Origin: Candidatus Latescibacterota bacterium
GTDB lineage: Bacteria > Latescibacterota > UBA2968
Reading direction: 5' to 3'
NCBI GenBank assembly: GCA_965207885.1
Contig: OZ242311.1
Location: 2,112,001-2,176,000, forward strand
DNA: 64,000 nt
The notes under the pieces are model-generated. The model was given only the letters and a program-made list of their open reading frames with translations, had not been told where the DNA came from and made no database searches. A program made the translations under genes and the position numbers. Of the stretch, positions 30,620-41,298 are shown one piece after another (the stretch's first letter is position 1; each line of letters begins with the position of its first letter).

Positions 30620-31801
30620 ATGGAATCTGAACGCAATATCCTCGATCACATTTATGTTCTCGTGCGCTGGCGACGCATGATTCTCACCTGCTTTTTTGCC
30701 GTCACGCTGGTGACAGCGGGCATTTCTCTGATCTTGCCCAAAGCCTATCGCGCGTATGCCAGCGTTTATCCCCCACAAGATACCGGCAGTGGCTTAGGGG
30801 GACTATCTAATCTGTTGCAAGAACTGCCCCTCAATTTGATGGGACTGGGCGGTGAGGTCATATCCGCCACAGAATTTGTTCCGGTCGTTGAAAGCGAAAG
30901 TGTGCGCCTATCTGTTGCAGAGCGCTTTGATCTCGCCAGGCTTTATGGTGCCAGCCATCAAAGCGAATTGCTCGATATGATATCCAATCGTCTGCAAGTC
31001 GATCTCTCTCGCGAGCAATTTCTTACGATTTCCTACGAAGCCGATACTCCAGAACTGGCGGCAGAATTGACCAATGCTTTTGTTGAAGAACTCGAAAACG
31101 CGCTTGAACGACGCAATCAAGACAAAACGCGTGCCTATCTGGCTTATCTCACGGAGCGGCTCAAAGAAGCCGAACAGGACATGCTCAAAGCCGAGCGGCG
31201 CTATCGGGATTTTCAGAACGAGCACATGGTATTAGACGTGGAAACCCAGGGCAAAACGCAGTTGGAAATATCTGCCACGCTCATCGGTTCGCTGGCAGAA
31301 CTGATTGTCAAGCGCGATTACCAATCAAAACTGATGACTGCAGACAATCCCGAACTGAAAAAGCTCGATATGGAAATCCAGACTACGCGCGAAGTGCTCG
31401 ACAATCTGCTTATGGGCCAATTCCCCGATAGTTTGCGCAGCAGCGATTCGGACGGACAATTGCCAGAAATTTTTAAGCCTTTCCGACAATTGCCTGAATT
31501 GGGCCTGACTGCGGTGGCATTCATCCGCGATGTTGAAATACAAAATGCCATCTATCAGTTTATCAAACAGGAATATGAAAAAACGCGATTTGAAGATGAA
31601 AAAGGTACACACACTGTCACAGTCCTGGATTATGCCCGGCCTCCTGATACGCGCAGCTATCCGCGCCGCAGTCTCATGGTTGCTGTTGCGGGGGGACTTA
31701 GTCTGATATTGAGTTGCTTGTTTGCCTTTGTATTTGAAGCTCTGAGAAATCTGACTCCGGAGAATCGAGCCAAACTCGATGCCATATCAGAGGAATTGTG
31801 A
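30620..31801 (+). CDS. Polysaccharide chain-length determinant (Wzz/GNVR family)
   Basis: Two terminal TM helices, coiled-coil centre, VLDYARPPDTRSYPRR. Confidence 0.85.
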   Translation: MESERNILDHIYVLVRWRRMILTCFFAVTLVTAGISLILPKAYRAYASVYPPQDTGSGLGGLSNLLQELPLNLMGLGGEVISATEFVPVVESESVRLSVAERFDLARLYGASHQSELLDMISNRLQVDLSREQFLTISYEADTPELAAELTNAFVEELENALERRNQDKTRAYLAYLTERLKEAEQDMLKAERRYRDFQNEHMVLDVETQGKTQLEISATLIGSLAELIVKRDYQSKLMTADNPELKKLDMEIQTTREVLDNLLMGQFPDSLRSSDSDGQLPEIFKPFRQLPELGLTAVAFIRDVEIQNAIYQFIKQEYEKTRFEDEKGTHTVTVLDYARPPDTRSYPRRSLMVAVAGGLSLILSCLFAFVFEALRNLTPENRAKLDAISEEL

Positions 31802-31818
31802 GTAAGCGAGGTATGTCC

Positions 31819-32841
31819 ATGTCTGAAAACCTGGATACAATTCTCACCACCACAGTTGGGTCTTATCCGCTGCCCGACTGGCTCGTGGCAGCACCGAGTG
31901 AAACCGCTGTTGTAGATGCCACGCGCGTTATCTTCGATACGCAGCGCCAGGCAGGGATTGATCTGCCTACCGATGGCGAACTCTACCGATTTGACATCAA
32001 TCATCCCGAGACCAATGGCATGATCGAATATTTTGTGCGTCCTATGGGCGGTACGCGCGCCGATTTTGGGCGTACTGAGATCGAGACATTTCGGCAACGA
32101 CAATCCATGGACTTTCGCGCCAAACCCGCAGCTGTTGTCGATGACGCGCTCTCAGAGGGGTCGCTTGACTTGTTATCCGACTGTTTGCGTGCAGCAACCG
32201 TCGCAGGTGGTTCCTTCAAATTTACGCTTACCAGCCCCTATATGCTTGCCCGCACCTTGCTTGATAACTACTACGGAGATTTTGAAGCCCTGCTCATGGG
32301 GGTGGCCGATGTGTTGGCCGATCAGGTGCGCGGTCTGCCATGCGCCTGTGTACAGGTCGATGAAGCCAATATTCCGGGTAATCCCGAGGACGGGCCTATC
32401 GCAGCGAAGGCGATTAATAGGGTGCTCGACGCGGTTGATCCCGATACTGAGAAAGCTGTTCACTTTTGTTTTGGAAATTACGGTGGGCAAACCATCCAGA
32501 GTGGCACATGGCGCGCGCTTATTGATTTCCTCAACGATCTGCACACCGATCACCTCGTGCTCGAACTGGCCCATCGCCCGAATGATGATCTGGTTGCTCT
32601 GAAAGAAATTGATCCGCGCATCAAACTGGGCATCGGCGTGGTTGACATCAAAATCAATCACGTTGAAACCGCCGAACAGATTGCCCGGCGCCTCGATCAC
32701 GCCGAAAAAGAACTCGGCCCGGGACGCATCGCATTTATTCATCCTGATTGCGGGTTCTGGATGCTCAAACGCTCGGTGGCAGATCAGAAAATCGCAGCCC
32801 TCGCGCAAGGCAGAGATCTTTATTTGGGAAGTGTGAAGTGA
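31819..32841 (+). CDS. Cobalamin-independent methionine synthase II family (single barrel)
   Basis: TTVGSYP, TDGE, QVDE, HFC, E and PDCG zinc ligands. Confidence 0.88.
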   Translation: MSENLDTILTTTVGSYPLPDWLVAAPSETAVVDATRVIFDTQRQAGIDLPTDGELYRFDINHPETNGMIEYFVRPMGGTRADFGRTEIETFRQRQSMDFRAKPAAVVDDALSEGSLDLLSDCLRAATVAGGSFKFTLTSPYMLARTLLDNYYGDFEALLMGVADVLADQVRGLPCACVQVDEANIPGNPEDGPIAAKAINRVLDAVDPDTEKAVHFCFGNYGGQTIQSGTWRALIDFLNDLHTDHLVLELAHRPNDDLVALKEIDPRIKLGIGVVDIKINHVETAEQIARRLDHAEKELGPGRIAFIHPDCGFWMLKRSVADQKIAALAQGRDLYLGSVK

Positions 32842-32878
32842 GAAGATCGGTAGTAGTATTCCGTCCTATAATTTTACC

Positions 32879-35800
32879 ATGCGATATATTTATATATTTT
32901 TTTTTAGTTTTCTGATCTCGGAAGCGGGTGTTTTCGCCCAGACACGCGGTGCGATTGTCACCATTGCCGGTGGTGGTCTGGAAGATGGCGATAATGTGCT
33001 GGCAACGGATGTTGTGCTCAACCGTCCGCTGGGAATTGCGCTCGATACACGGGGAAATCTCTATATTGCGGATACGGATAATCACCGCATTCGACGGGTG
33101 GATGCGATAACGGGTATCATCACTACGGTCGCGGGTACTGGGGAGCCGGGATTTTCGGGCGATGGCGGGCCAGCGACAATGGCATTGCTCAATACTCCCA
33201 ATGCCATTGCGGTCGATAGCGCGGGCAATATTTATATCAGTAGCGGTGGCGCGAGTGAAAGTGATGTTCACAATCGACGCATTCGGCGCATCGATGCTTT
33301 CGGTATCATCACTACGGTTGCGGGTACGGGCGAAGGTGGTTTCAATGATCAGGTGGTGCCCGCACTACAAGCCACGTTCCACGAAATTGTCGCACTGACG
33401 ATGTTGGGCGATGTGGCTCTTTTAATCTCCGATAGCCTCGATGAGAATGGACAGGGCAACAACCGCGTGCGGCAATTTAATCTGGCGAATAATACCGTAG
33501 GCACAATCGCAGGCAATGGTAGTGCCCAGGCGTCGAATATTCAGGATGGGAGATTGGCAACTCGAGCGGGTTTAACCCCTGGGCAATTGGCTGTGACAGG
33601 TCTGGGCGATCTTTTGATTGCCGATTTTAACAATGGACGCATTCGGCGCGTCAGCAGGGCCATACAAGACACAACCGTCGTTGCCGTGATCAATACCGTA
33701 GCCGGACGGGGAGCGACCCCTGCTGAAGAACTGTCAGAAGATCTCTACAAGGGCGATGGTGGGCCAGCGACAGGTGCTTTATTTTTTTCTCCTTCGGGCG
33801 TTGCTGTCGATGAAGCTGGCAATATCTATATCGGCGATACGGGCAATAATCGCATTCGCGTGGTTGAAACGGAAACGGGCAATGTATTGACTATCGCGGG
33901 AACGGGTGTTGCAGGCGAGGGGCCTGAAGGTACACTCGGTCTTCTGTCTGATCTCGGACAGCCCACACATTTGCTGATTGATGGCGATGGGGACCTCATC
34001 TTTATCGATTCTTTAAACAATCGCATCCGCAAACTGCGCGATCCTGGGTTCCGAATGCCTCTTTTCAACGCCATCTCCACGGATGTCATCTTTGGTAGAG
34101 TTAGCGTTGGCGATCCGGCGGTGCGCCATTTGCGCGTTGAAAATCGAGGCAATTTGCCCGTTCGTATTGAAACAGCTATTTCCGATAACCCCGGGTTTCG
34201 CGTTTTGTCGGAATTGCCCTTCGAAGTCGGCATCGCACAAATCGCTGAACTTGAGATTGTATTTGATCCTGTACAAACAGGCGTGGCAAGAGGTGTTATC
34301 ACTATTACCACCAATGACTCGCGCACACCTTCTGCCACGGTCAATGTGCAGGGATGGGGAGATGCCGCCAATATCGGACTTTTTCCATCCGATGTTTTAA
34401 TTTTTGATCGCACCTCTATTGGACAATCTCAAACCTTGTCGGTACGCATTTCCAACCTCGGTGCTGGCGTGCTGGTCGTTCCCAATGCTACTACGACCGA
34501 CTCGCAATTTGTTGTCGAACAAACCGATGTCCTCCGCATTGAGTCCGGACAAAGCCAGCGACTTCCCATTATTTTCCGCCCGCAGTCCGAAGATCTCCAA
34601 CAAGCCGTGTTGACCATTTTTAGCAATGCGCCAGGAACTCCTGCTGTTAGACTTCAATTACAGGGCATTGGGCAAAGTGCCCAGCCCGGCGGATTTGTCG
34701 ATGTGTCACCCAACATGGATTTGGGGGATACAGGTGCGGGATTTGGTGCGGCCTGGGCAGATTTTGACAACGATAATGATCCCGATTTCTATCTCGTACG
34801 CAGCAGAGAACCCAATCGCTTATATCGCAACGACGGTACGGGGTTCACAGATATCGCGCCAGCACTGGGTATTGGCGATTCCGGCGATGGTAGCGCGGGG
34901 ATATGGGGGGATGTGGATGGCGATGGGGATCTCGATCTTTATGTCACCAACTTTGGCGAATCCAATCGCTTATATCGCAATGACGGTGCGGGATTCACAG
35001 ATATTGCAACCATTTTTGGGGTTGACGACTCCGGGGATGGGTATGGCGCGGCCTGGGCAGATTATGACCGCGATGGGGATCTCGACCTCTATGTCGCTAA
35101 TTTTGGCGCGAACCGCTTTTACCAGAACGATGGCAATGGTTTTTCCGAGCGTGCCGATAGTCTGGGCATAGGCGATATAGAGAGTGGGATTCAACCTGCC
35201 TGGGGCGATTTCGACAATGATGGGGATCCCGATTTGTTTTTGGCGAATAGCGGGCCCAACCGCCTTTTTCGAAATGATGGCGAGCAATTCACATCCGTAG
35301 AAAATGTTTTTAGCCCGGTTGATACCGGGCCGAGTTTTGGCGCGACGTGGGGCGATTTCGACAACGATGGAGACCTCGATCTGTTTATCCCCTATTTTGG
35401 TGCGGATAATAGATTCTATATAAACGAAGACAATGGCGTGTTCAGAGATCGCGCGCCGGAAATGATGCTCGATCACGACGGACGAAGCAGAGGTGCGGTG
35501 TGGGGCGATTTTGACAATGATGGGGATCTCGATCTGTATGTGACCAATAGCGATCAGCCCAATTTGTACTACCAAAATGAGGATGGGCTTTTTGTAGAGA
35601 TGTCCGATTCTTTGGGCGTTGCTCTGAATGCCGATAGCCGCGGTGTTGCCCTTGCCGATTTCGACAACGATGGGAAACTCGATTTGTATGTCGCAGTGCA
35701 GGATGGTCCCGATGCTCTTTTTCGCAATCGCGAAGCTGATGGCAATTGGATCGCAATTCGGCTTCGCGGGACAGATAGCAGCACCGATGCGATTGGCACG

Positions 35801-37579
35801 CGCCTCAAAATTGAGTTCAAAGATGGGGATGGCAATAATCGCCAGGCCATTCGAGAAGTTACAGGAGGTGCTTCCTTTTTATCGCAGGATGCGCTCTTGC
35901 CCACATTTGGCGTGGGCAAAGCCGAAAAAATCGAAGTGCTCTCCCTGCGCTGGCCCAGTGGTATTGTGCAGCAATTTCGCAGTGATAGAGACAATTTATC
36001 GGTCAATCGCGTTATAGATATTACCGAACGACCGTCCTTGCCCCCTGCTCGCGTTCTTTTGTTTGCAGACGCGGCCAATTTGCTGGCCAATGGTATCTCC
36101 GAAATTGAACTCACCGCACAGATCGTCACGATAGACAACAGGCCTTTGCCCACCAGCGACCGGGCGGTTATATTTCGCATTGAGAGCGGTAGTGGTCTCA
36201 TTATTTCTTCTGGGAAGTCAGAAGCCGCAGGCGGAGATTCCGTCGCGGTGCGCGATGGCGTGGCGTATGCGCGTTTTCGAGCAGGGCAAGATCAGGGGCG
36301 CGTTGTCATCGTTGCAGAAAGTGCTGGCCTGGAATCCGGACGCGTTGAGATAGAACTCATCAAACCTTTCGCAGAGGATGCCCTGACTATGCGTACTATC
36401 GCCGGTTCGGGCGATGAGGGCGGTGGATTTGAAGGCGATGGCGGCGCAGCTATTGAGGCACTTCTTCAGCGACCACAAGGTGTATTGGTCGATCCGTCGG
36501 GCAATATTTATATTGCGGATACAGCAAATCACCGCATTCGCTCCGTGAGTGTGGAAACAGGTATTATCCAGACCATTGCAGGGACAGGAGTAGCGGAAGA
36601 TCTCGATGCGCCTCGAGGTATGGTTCTTCAAGGCGATTTGTTGATCAGCCAGATGGGCAATCACGTTGTGAGCACGGTGCAAGATGAGATATTGTTCGCC
36701 TTTGCCGGAATCGGCATCGGTCAGTTTGGAGGCGATGGGGGGCGTGCTTTGGACGCCAATTTAAGAAGTCCCGCAGGGCTTGCCATTGACTCGCGTGGGA
36801 ATGTCTATATCGCCGATACGGATAATCACCGCATTCGCAAAGTCGATGCCAATGGCATTATCACGACGGTTGTGGGTAGCGGCGACCCCGATCAGGGCGC
36901 ATTTTTTGGCGATGGCGGGGTGGGCACACAGGCGCGCCTAAATCGCCCCAGTGCGATTGCCATTGACTCGCGTGGGAATATCTATATCGCGGATACGGAT
37001 AATCACCGCATCCGCAAAGTCGATGCCCGCGGTGTTATTGCGACTATTGCGGGAATGGGACAGAACGGATTTGCAGGCGATGGCGGTGCGGGCACGCAGG
37101 CGCAACTCAATGCTCCGCAGGGGATTGCCGTTGATGAACGGGGATATCTTTTTATTGCCGATACGAATAATCACCGCATTCGCTTGCTCGATTTGGACAG
37201 CGGTCTGATCCAGACTGTCGCGGGTACGGAAGTGGGGCAACTCGATTTCGAAGAAGGTGGTGCCCTCGCCATAAGTCTCAATGCCCCGCAGGGTTTGGCT
37301 CTTAGTCCAACGGGCACCCTGTTAATTGCGGATACGGCAAATCACAGAATACGAGAACTGTCAGTTCTATTTGATTTGGCTTTTGCATTGCCTGCTGTTC
37401 CACAGGCAAAATCCTTCGATTTCAATGCCGATGGTCGGTTCGATTTCGATGATTTTCGTATCTTTGCCAGTGCTTTTGATTCTGGTGATACGCGCTTTGA
37501 CCTCAATGCCGATGGTCGGATTGGTTTCGGCGATTTTCTGCACTTTGCCAGGGTTTATGAAGTGAGAAGTGTAAAGTGA
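32879..37579 (+). CDS. Large secreted multidomain protein: NHL - Ig-like (ASH/HYDIN) x2 - FG-GAP/CRTAC1 - ASPIC/UnbV - Ig-like - NHL - dockerin-like EF-hands
   Basis: Signal peptide; GNLYIADTDNHRIR..GDGG.A NHL repeats; WGDFDNDGDLDLYV repeats; RWPSG; C-terminal DFNADG/DLNADG. Confidence 0.88.
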   Translation: MRYIYIFFFSFLISEAGVFAQTRGAIVTIAGGGLEDGDNVLATDVVLNRPLGIALDTRGNLYIADTDNHRIRRVDAITGIITTVAGTGEPGFSGDGGPATMALLNTPNAIAVDSAGNIYISSGGASESDVHNRRIRRIDAFGIITTVAGTGEGGFNDQVVPALQATFHEIVALTMLGDVALLISDSLDENGQGNNRVRQFNLANNTVGTIAGNGSAQASNIQDGRLATRAGLTPGQLAVTGLGDLLIADFNNGRIRRVSRAIQDTTVVAVINTVAGRGATPAEELSEDLYKGDGGPATGALFFSPSGVAVDEAGNIYIGDTGNNRIRVVETETGNVLTIAGTGVAGEGPEGTLGLLSDLGQPTHLLIDGDGDLIFIDSLNNRIRKLRDPGFRMPLFNAISTDVIFGRVSVGDPAVRHLRVENRGNLPVRIETAISDNPGFRVLSELPFEVGIAQIAELEIVFDPVQTGVARGVITITTNDSRTPSATVNVQGWGDAANIGLFPSDVLIFDRTSIGQSQTLSVRISNLGAGVLVVPNATTTDSQFVVEQTDVLRIESGQSQRLPIIFRPQSEDLQQAVLTIFSNAPGTPAVRLQLQGIGQSAQPGGFVDVSPNMDLGDTGAGFGAAWADFDNDNDPDFYLVRSREPNRLYRNDGTGFTDIAPALGIGDSGDGSAGIWGDVDGDGDLDLYVTNFGESNRLYRNDGAGFTDIATIFGVDDSGDGYGAAWADYDRDGDLDLYVANFGANRFYQNDGNGFSERADSLGIGDIESGIQPAWGDFDNDGDPDLFLANSGPNRLFRNDGEQFTSVENVFSPVDTGPSFGATWGDFDNDGDLDLFIPYFGADNRFYINEDNGVFRDRAPEMMLDHDGRSRGAVWGDFDNDGDLDLYVTNSDQPNLYYQNEDGLFVEMSDSLGVALNADSRGVALADFDNDGKLDLYVAVQDGPDALFRNREADGNWIAIRLRGTDSSTDAIGTRLKIEFKDGDGNNRQAIREVTGGASFLSQDALLPTFGVGKAEKIEVLSLRWPSGIVQQFRSDRDNLSVNRVIDITERPSLPPARVLLFADAANLLANGISEIELTAQIVTIDNRPLPTSDRAVIFRIESGSGLIISSGKSEAAGGDSVAVRDGVAYARFRAGQDQGRVVIVAESAGLESGRVEIELIKPFAEDALTMRTIAGSGDEGGGFEGDGGAAIEALLQRPQGVLVDPSGNIYIADTANHRIRSVSVETGIIQTIAGTGVAEDLDAPRGMVLQGDLLISQMGNHVVSTVQDEILFAFAGIGIGQFGGDGGRALDANLRSPAGLAIDSRGNVYIADTDNHRIRKVDANGIITTVVGSGDPDQGAFFGDGGVGTQARLNRPSAIAIDSRGNIYIADTDNHRIRKVDARGVIATIAGMGQNGFAGDGGAGTQAQLNAPQGIAVDERGYLFIADTNNHRIRLLDLDSGLIQTVAGTEVGQLDFEEGGALAISLNAPQGLALSPTGTLLIADTANHRIRELSVLFDLAFALPAVPQAKSFDFNADGRFDFDDFRIFASAFDSGDTRFDLNADGRIGFGDFLHFARVYEVRSVK

Positions 37580-37585
37580 GATGCC

Positions 37586-38200
37586 ATGATCGCACTGCCA
37601 ACTCTTCAAAATATCAATCAGGCTGCCGATATTATTAAAAACGGCGGCCTGATTGCCTATCCGACCGAGACTGTGTATGGTCTGGGGGCAGATCCCTATA
37701 ATGCTGAGGCTATTCAGAAAATTTTCACTGCCAAAGGACGTGCGGAGGATAAGGGGATTATTCTCTTGATTCGCGGTGCAGATGATTTTTCAACGCTTGT
37801 CCGCACTGTATCTCCGACAGCTCAAATACTTATCGAGGCATTTTGGCCAGGACCGCTTACCCTTGTTTTTCGCGCCAATCGCAATCTTTCTCCCGCCTTG
37901 CTCGGCGGACGCGATACGGTGGCTCTCCGCCATTCGAGTTCGCCCATTGCCACCCAATTGCTCACTGCACTTGGTGGTCCCCTCACGAGTACGAGTGCCA
38001 ATCGTTCTACAGAGCCTCCGGCGCGTTCGGCTTATGAGGTGGAAAATGCGCTAGGCGAGCATCTGGATCTCATTCTCGACGGTGGGCCTTCCGGCAGTAC
38101 TCTCCCTTCCACGCTTGTCGATGTTTCCGCCGACCGCGCAATTCTCCTGCGCGAAGGTGCTATTCCTGCCCAAAAACTCAGGGCGCATATTCACCTCTAA
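37586..38200 (+). CDS. tsaC: L-threonylcarbamoyladenylate synthase (Sua5/YrdC)
   Basis: YPTETVYGL, KGR, WPGPLT, STSAN, PST. Confidence 0.93.
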   Translation: MIALPTLQNINQAADIIKNGGLIAYPTETVYGLGADPYNAEAIQKIFTAKGRAEDKGIILLIRGADDFSTLVRTVSPTAQILIEAFWPGPLTLVFRANRNLSPALLGGRDTVALRHSSSPIATQLLTALGGPLTSTSANRSTEPPARSAYEVENALGEHLDLILDGGPSGSTLPSTLVDVSADRAILLREGAIPAQKLRAHIHL

Positions 38201-38228
38201 GAAGCTGTTTTAAATTTAATGAAAGGGC

Positions 38229-38317
38229 GTCATGCTGAGCGGAGTGAAACGGAGCCGAAGCATCTGTTTCACCTGCGTCAGTAGTAGATTTTTCGACTCC
38301 GCTGCGCTAAAAATGAC
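38229..38317. repeat. REP/REPIN-like inverted pair
   Basis: GTCATGCTGAGCGGAG..CGAAGCATCT faces AGATTTTTCGACTCCGCT..AATGAC, forming a long imperfect hairpin after tsaC. Confidence 0.7.
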
Positions 38318-38519
38318 AGGCCCGTTATCTTGTGCAGATGTGTAACATCAGTGAAAAAAACGGAAACTGGGACAAATTTGCGGGGTTGACATCTTAAGAA
38401 CAAACTATACTTTTCTGAGGACTTACTATCAGCAGGGCTTGCTTCTTATATTAAGATGGGAATTGTGATTGGCAACTCTCTGATAGATCCCGCCGCGAAC
38501 AATAAAGGAGAATTCGCAG

Positions 38520-39992
38520 ATGAAAAAGATCCTATTATTCAACCTCATATTCTTACTGGTTCTATTTATACAGGACAGCCGCAGCGCAGGAACGCTGTCT
38601 GACGACGTGCTGAACCTGGAGGGTCATTATCGGACGTGGCATGTCCCCAATGGTGTAATCGCACGTCTGGGAAAAGGAACACTTGGGGGAATCGACAGGC
38701 CGATAGCATTCTCGCCAGATGGTCAATATCTCGCTGTGGCAAGTGACATCGGCATCTGGCTTTATGATGTGGCGACGTCTCGTGAGCGCGCGTTGATACC
38801 CACGACGAGTTCTATCAGATCGGTGTCATTTTCACCCGATGGGACGCTGTTGGCCTCCGGGTCATTTGATAACGCGGTGAAGCTATGGGATGTGAGCACG
38901 GGTCAGGAGAGAGCCACTTTCACAGGGCATACGGCTTGGGTCTTATCCGTGTCATTTTCACCTGATGGGACGCTGTTGGCATCAGGGTCATCGGATGACA
39001 CAGTGAAGCTATGGGATGTGAGCACGGGTCAGGAGAGAGCTACTCTCACAGGGCATACGAGTAGTGTCTTATCCGTGTCATTTTCACCTGATGGGACGCT
39101 GTTGGCATCAGGGTCAGGGGATGACACGGTAAGACTGTGGGATGTGAGCACGGATCAGGAGAGAGCTACTCTCACAGGGCATATGCATGCGGTCAATTCC
39201 GTGTCATTTTCACCTGATGGGACGCTGTTGGCCTCCTGGTCATCGGATGACACAGTGAAGCTATGGGATGTGAGCACGGGTCAGGAGAGAGCTACTCTCA
39301 CAGGGCATATGCGTGCGGTCTATTCCGTGTCATTTTCGCCCGATGGGACGGTGTTGGCATCAGGGTCAGATGATAACACAGTGAAGCTATGGGATGTGAG
39401 CACGGGTCAGATGAGAGCCACCCTCACAGGGCATATGCGTGCGGTCTATTCCGTGTCATTTTCGCCCGATGGGACGGTGTTGGCATCAGGATCATCGGAT
39501 GACACGGTGAAGCTGTGGGATGTGGGCACGGGTCAGGAGAGAGCCACCCTCAAAGGGCATACGGATCGGGTCAATTCCGTGTCATTTTCACCTGATGGGA
39601 TGCTATTGGCATCAGGGTCATGGTTAAGGGATGACACAGTGAAGCTATGGGATGTGAGCACGGGTCAGGAGAGAGCCACCCTTACAGGGTATACGAATGG
39701 CGTCAATTCCGTGTCATTTTCACCTGATGGGGCGCTATTGGCATCAGGGTCATGGGATGGCACGGTTCTGCTGTGGGATATGTCGCCGTATGGCACAGTT
39801 CAACCGCAAACTCCCAATCCCGACTTTGATAGCGATGGGACTGTTGGTTTTGGCGATTTTTTGCAGTTTGTAGCACTATTTGGATTAAGTCGTGGCGATG
39901 CGGGATATGATGCGCGGTACGATCTGGACGGAGATGGCACCATTGGATTTTCTGATTTTCTGATCTTTGCCAGTGCCTTTGGGGAAAACTAA
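38520..39992 (+). CDS. Secreted WD40-repeat protein with C-terminal dockerin-like EF-hand domain
   Basis: Signal peptide; 8 near-identical SVSFSPDG..WD repeats plus one degenerate repeat; DFDSDG/DLDGDG tail; AAGGAG RBS. Confidence 0.92.
   Translation: MKKILLFNLIFLLVLFIQDSRSAGTLSDDVLNLEGHYRTWHVPNGVIARLGKGTLGGIDRPIAFSPDGQYLAVASDIGIWLYDVATSRERALIPTTSSIRSVSFSPDGTLLASGSFDNAVKLWDVSTGQERATFTGHTAWVLSVSFSPDGTLLASGSSDDTVKLWDVSTGQERATLTGHTSSVLSVSFSPDGTLLASGSGDDTVRLWDVSTDQERATLTGHMHAVNSVSFSPDGTLLASWSSDDTVKLWDVSTGQERATLTGHMRAVYSVSFSPDGTVLASGSDDNTVKLWDVSTGQMRATLTGHMRAVYSVSFSPDGTVLASGSSDDTVKLWDVGTGQERATLKGHTDRVNSVSFSPDGMLLASGSWLRDDTVKLWDVSTGQERATLTGYTNGVNSVSFSPDGALLASGSWDGTVLLWDMSPYGTVQPQTPNPDFDSDGTVGFGDFLQFVALFGLSRGDAGYDARYDLDGDGTIGFSDFLIFASAFGEN
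38814..39782 (+). repeat. Intragenic 126-bp tandem repeat (8 units)
   Basis: Near-identical DNA units GTGTCATTTTC.CC.GATGGGAC..TGGGATGTGAGCACGGGTCAG; one unit carries a 6-bp insertion. Confidence 0.92.
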
Positions 39993-40035
39993 ATAATCAG
40001 GTAAAATGTGGAGATCACAAATTTGCTGAGATTTG

Positions 40036-40067
40036 AAAAGCCGATCTGTTTTCAGGTCGGCTTTTTT
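40036..40067. terminator. Bidirectional rho-independent terminator
   Basis: AAAAGCCGATCTG-TTTT-CAGGTCGGCTTTTTT between convergent genes. Confidence 0.85.
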
Positions 40068-40098
40068 ATTTCAGAGTCTTTCTCAAGTTCTCTAAAAA

Positions 40099-41298
40099 TT
40101 AAAATGAGACATTGCTCATCACATACGCCCAGTGCATGTTCTCATTCAATCGGCCCAGCGCCTTGATGGCATCTCGCGCCAGGGCAATTGTATAACCGGT
40201 CATAAAGGTTACATTTTCGCTGTATTGATATGATAGTGTCAAATCGAGTTCATCTGCCAGATGCCCCGATTCCATATTGCCTTTTTGGGCGAGGAAGAAC
40301 ACATGTCCGTCCGCTGCCAAGCGCAACTGCTCTGCCTCATCCAGCGGTACGGATACTTTTATCGCAAAGTCCTGAAGGCCGAGATTTTGGGTGTGGACGG
40401 GAATATTGAGAAATAAATCGGCAAATCCGTAGTATTTGTGATTGGTTGCAAAGAGCGTATCAAATGATTTCCATTTGCTGTCTTTCTCATTGCCATCGCC
40501 AGATAAATAATCATACCACAGGGTCAGGCTACCTTTGCCCAGTGTTGTGCCCAGTCTGCCTCCAAACATAAACGCCGAGCCATTCGGCCCACGCCGTTCG
40601 CCTGTTTGGAAAGAGCCTTCGGCGCGGTAGGTCCAGTTTGCCTTTTCGCCGTAAATGCGCGCGCCGAGTGTCCATAGCCGCGTATTATCACTTCTGTTGA
40701 AGCCTTTGGGGGATACGTGATGGTAGATGCCGTAAAAATCCGCGGATGTGCTCGTTCTGGTTACAGTAGCATACACAGCAGCGAGATAGGCATTGCCGTT
40801 TATCTCTTTGGCTGTGGTATCGGATAGGCGAACGCCAACGCCTTGAACTGTGCCCCATTGGGGTCTGGCGGTTGCGATAATACCGTCGAAGGCACGCCCT
40901 TGTTGTGCCCATTCGACTGCGCCGATTATCCGCTGTCCGCCGAGTCCTATCGCCTGTCGTCCAATGCGGAGAGATAGGGCCGATCCGCCCATATCTTTGA
41001 TATCCATATACGCCTGGTGAAAGTCGAAATTGTCGGCATTATAATCGGTGAAGGTATTGCTTTCTTCGCCCCACAACCGCACATCCTGTAACTGGATAAA
41101 AACATTCACATCTTGATCTAAATTCGCTGTGATATTCAGTCGAGTACGCATAGATGTGAATACGTCGTGCCCATTGCCAACGGGATCTCGAAATTCCGTG
41201 CGAGGCCGAACTTGCCCTCCAAACTCGATATCTGTGGCTTCAATACCACTTGCTATAACGACAATTATCGCTATACCAACCAACCATCTCGATAGCAT
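40099..41298 (-). CDS. Alginate export family outer-membrane beta-barrel
   Basis: GQVRPRTEFR, FIQLQDVRLWG, GRAFDG, FDTLFATNHKYYGFAD, C-terminal Phe. Confidence 0.82.
   Translation of the reverse strand: MLSRWLVGIAIIVVIASGIEATDIEFGGQVRPRTEFRDPVGNGHDVFTSMRTRLNITANLDQDVNVFIQLQDVRLWGEESNTFTDYNADNFDFHQAYMDIKDMGGSALSLRIGRQAIGLGGQRIIGAVEWAQQGRAFDGIIATARPQWGTVQGVGVRLSDTTAKEINGNAYLAAVYATVTRTSTSADFYGIYHHVSPKGFNRSDNTRLWTLGARIYGEKANWTYRAEGSFQTGERRGPNGSAFMFGGRLGTTLGKGSLTLWYDYLSGDGNEKDSKWKSFDTLFATNHKYYGFADLFLNIPVHTQNLGLQDFAIKVSVPLDEAEQLRLAADGHVFFLAQKGNMESGHLADELDLTLSYQYSENVTFMTGYTIALARDAIKALGRLNENMHWAYVMSNVSF

Noticed and set aside
34740-35700. Recurring TGGGGCGATTT.GACAA.GATGG motifs as a DNA repeat array
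   Set aside because: Explained by FG-GAP protein repeats.
38814-39782. CRISPR array or DGR template/variable repeats
   Set aside because: Units are in-frame WD40 coding repeats without unique spacers; no cas gene or reverse transcriptase; variation is not adenine-specific.
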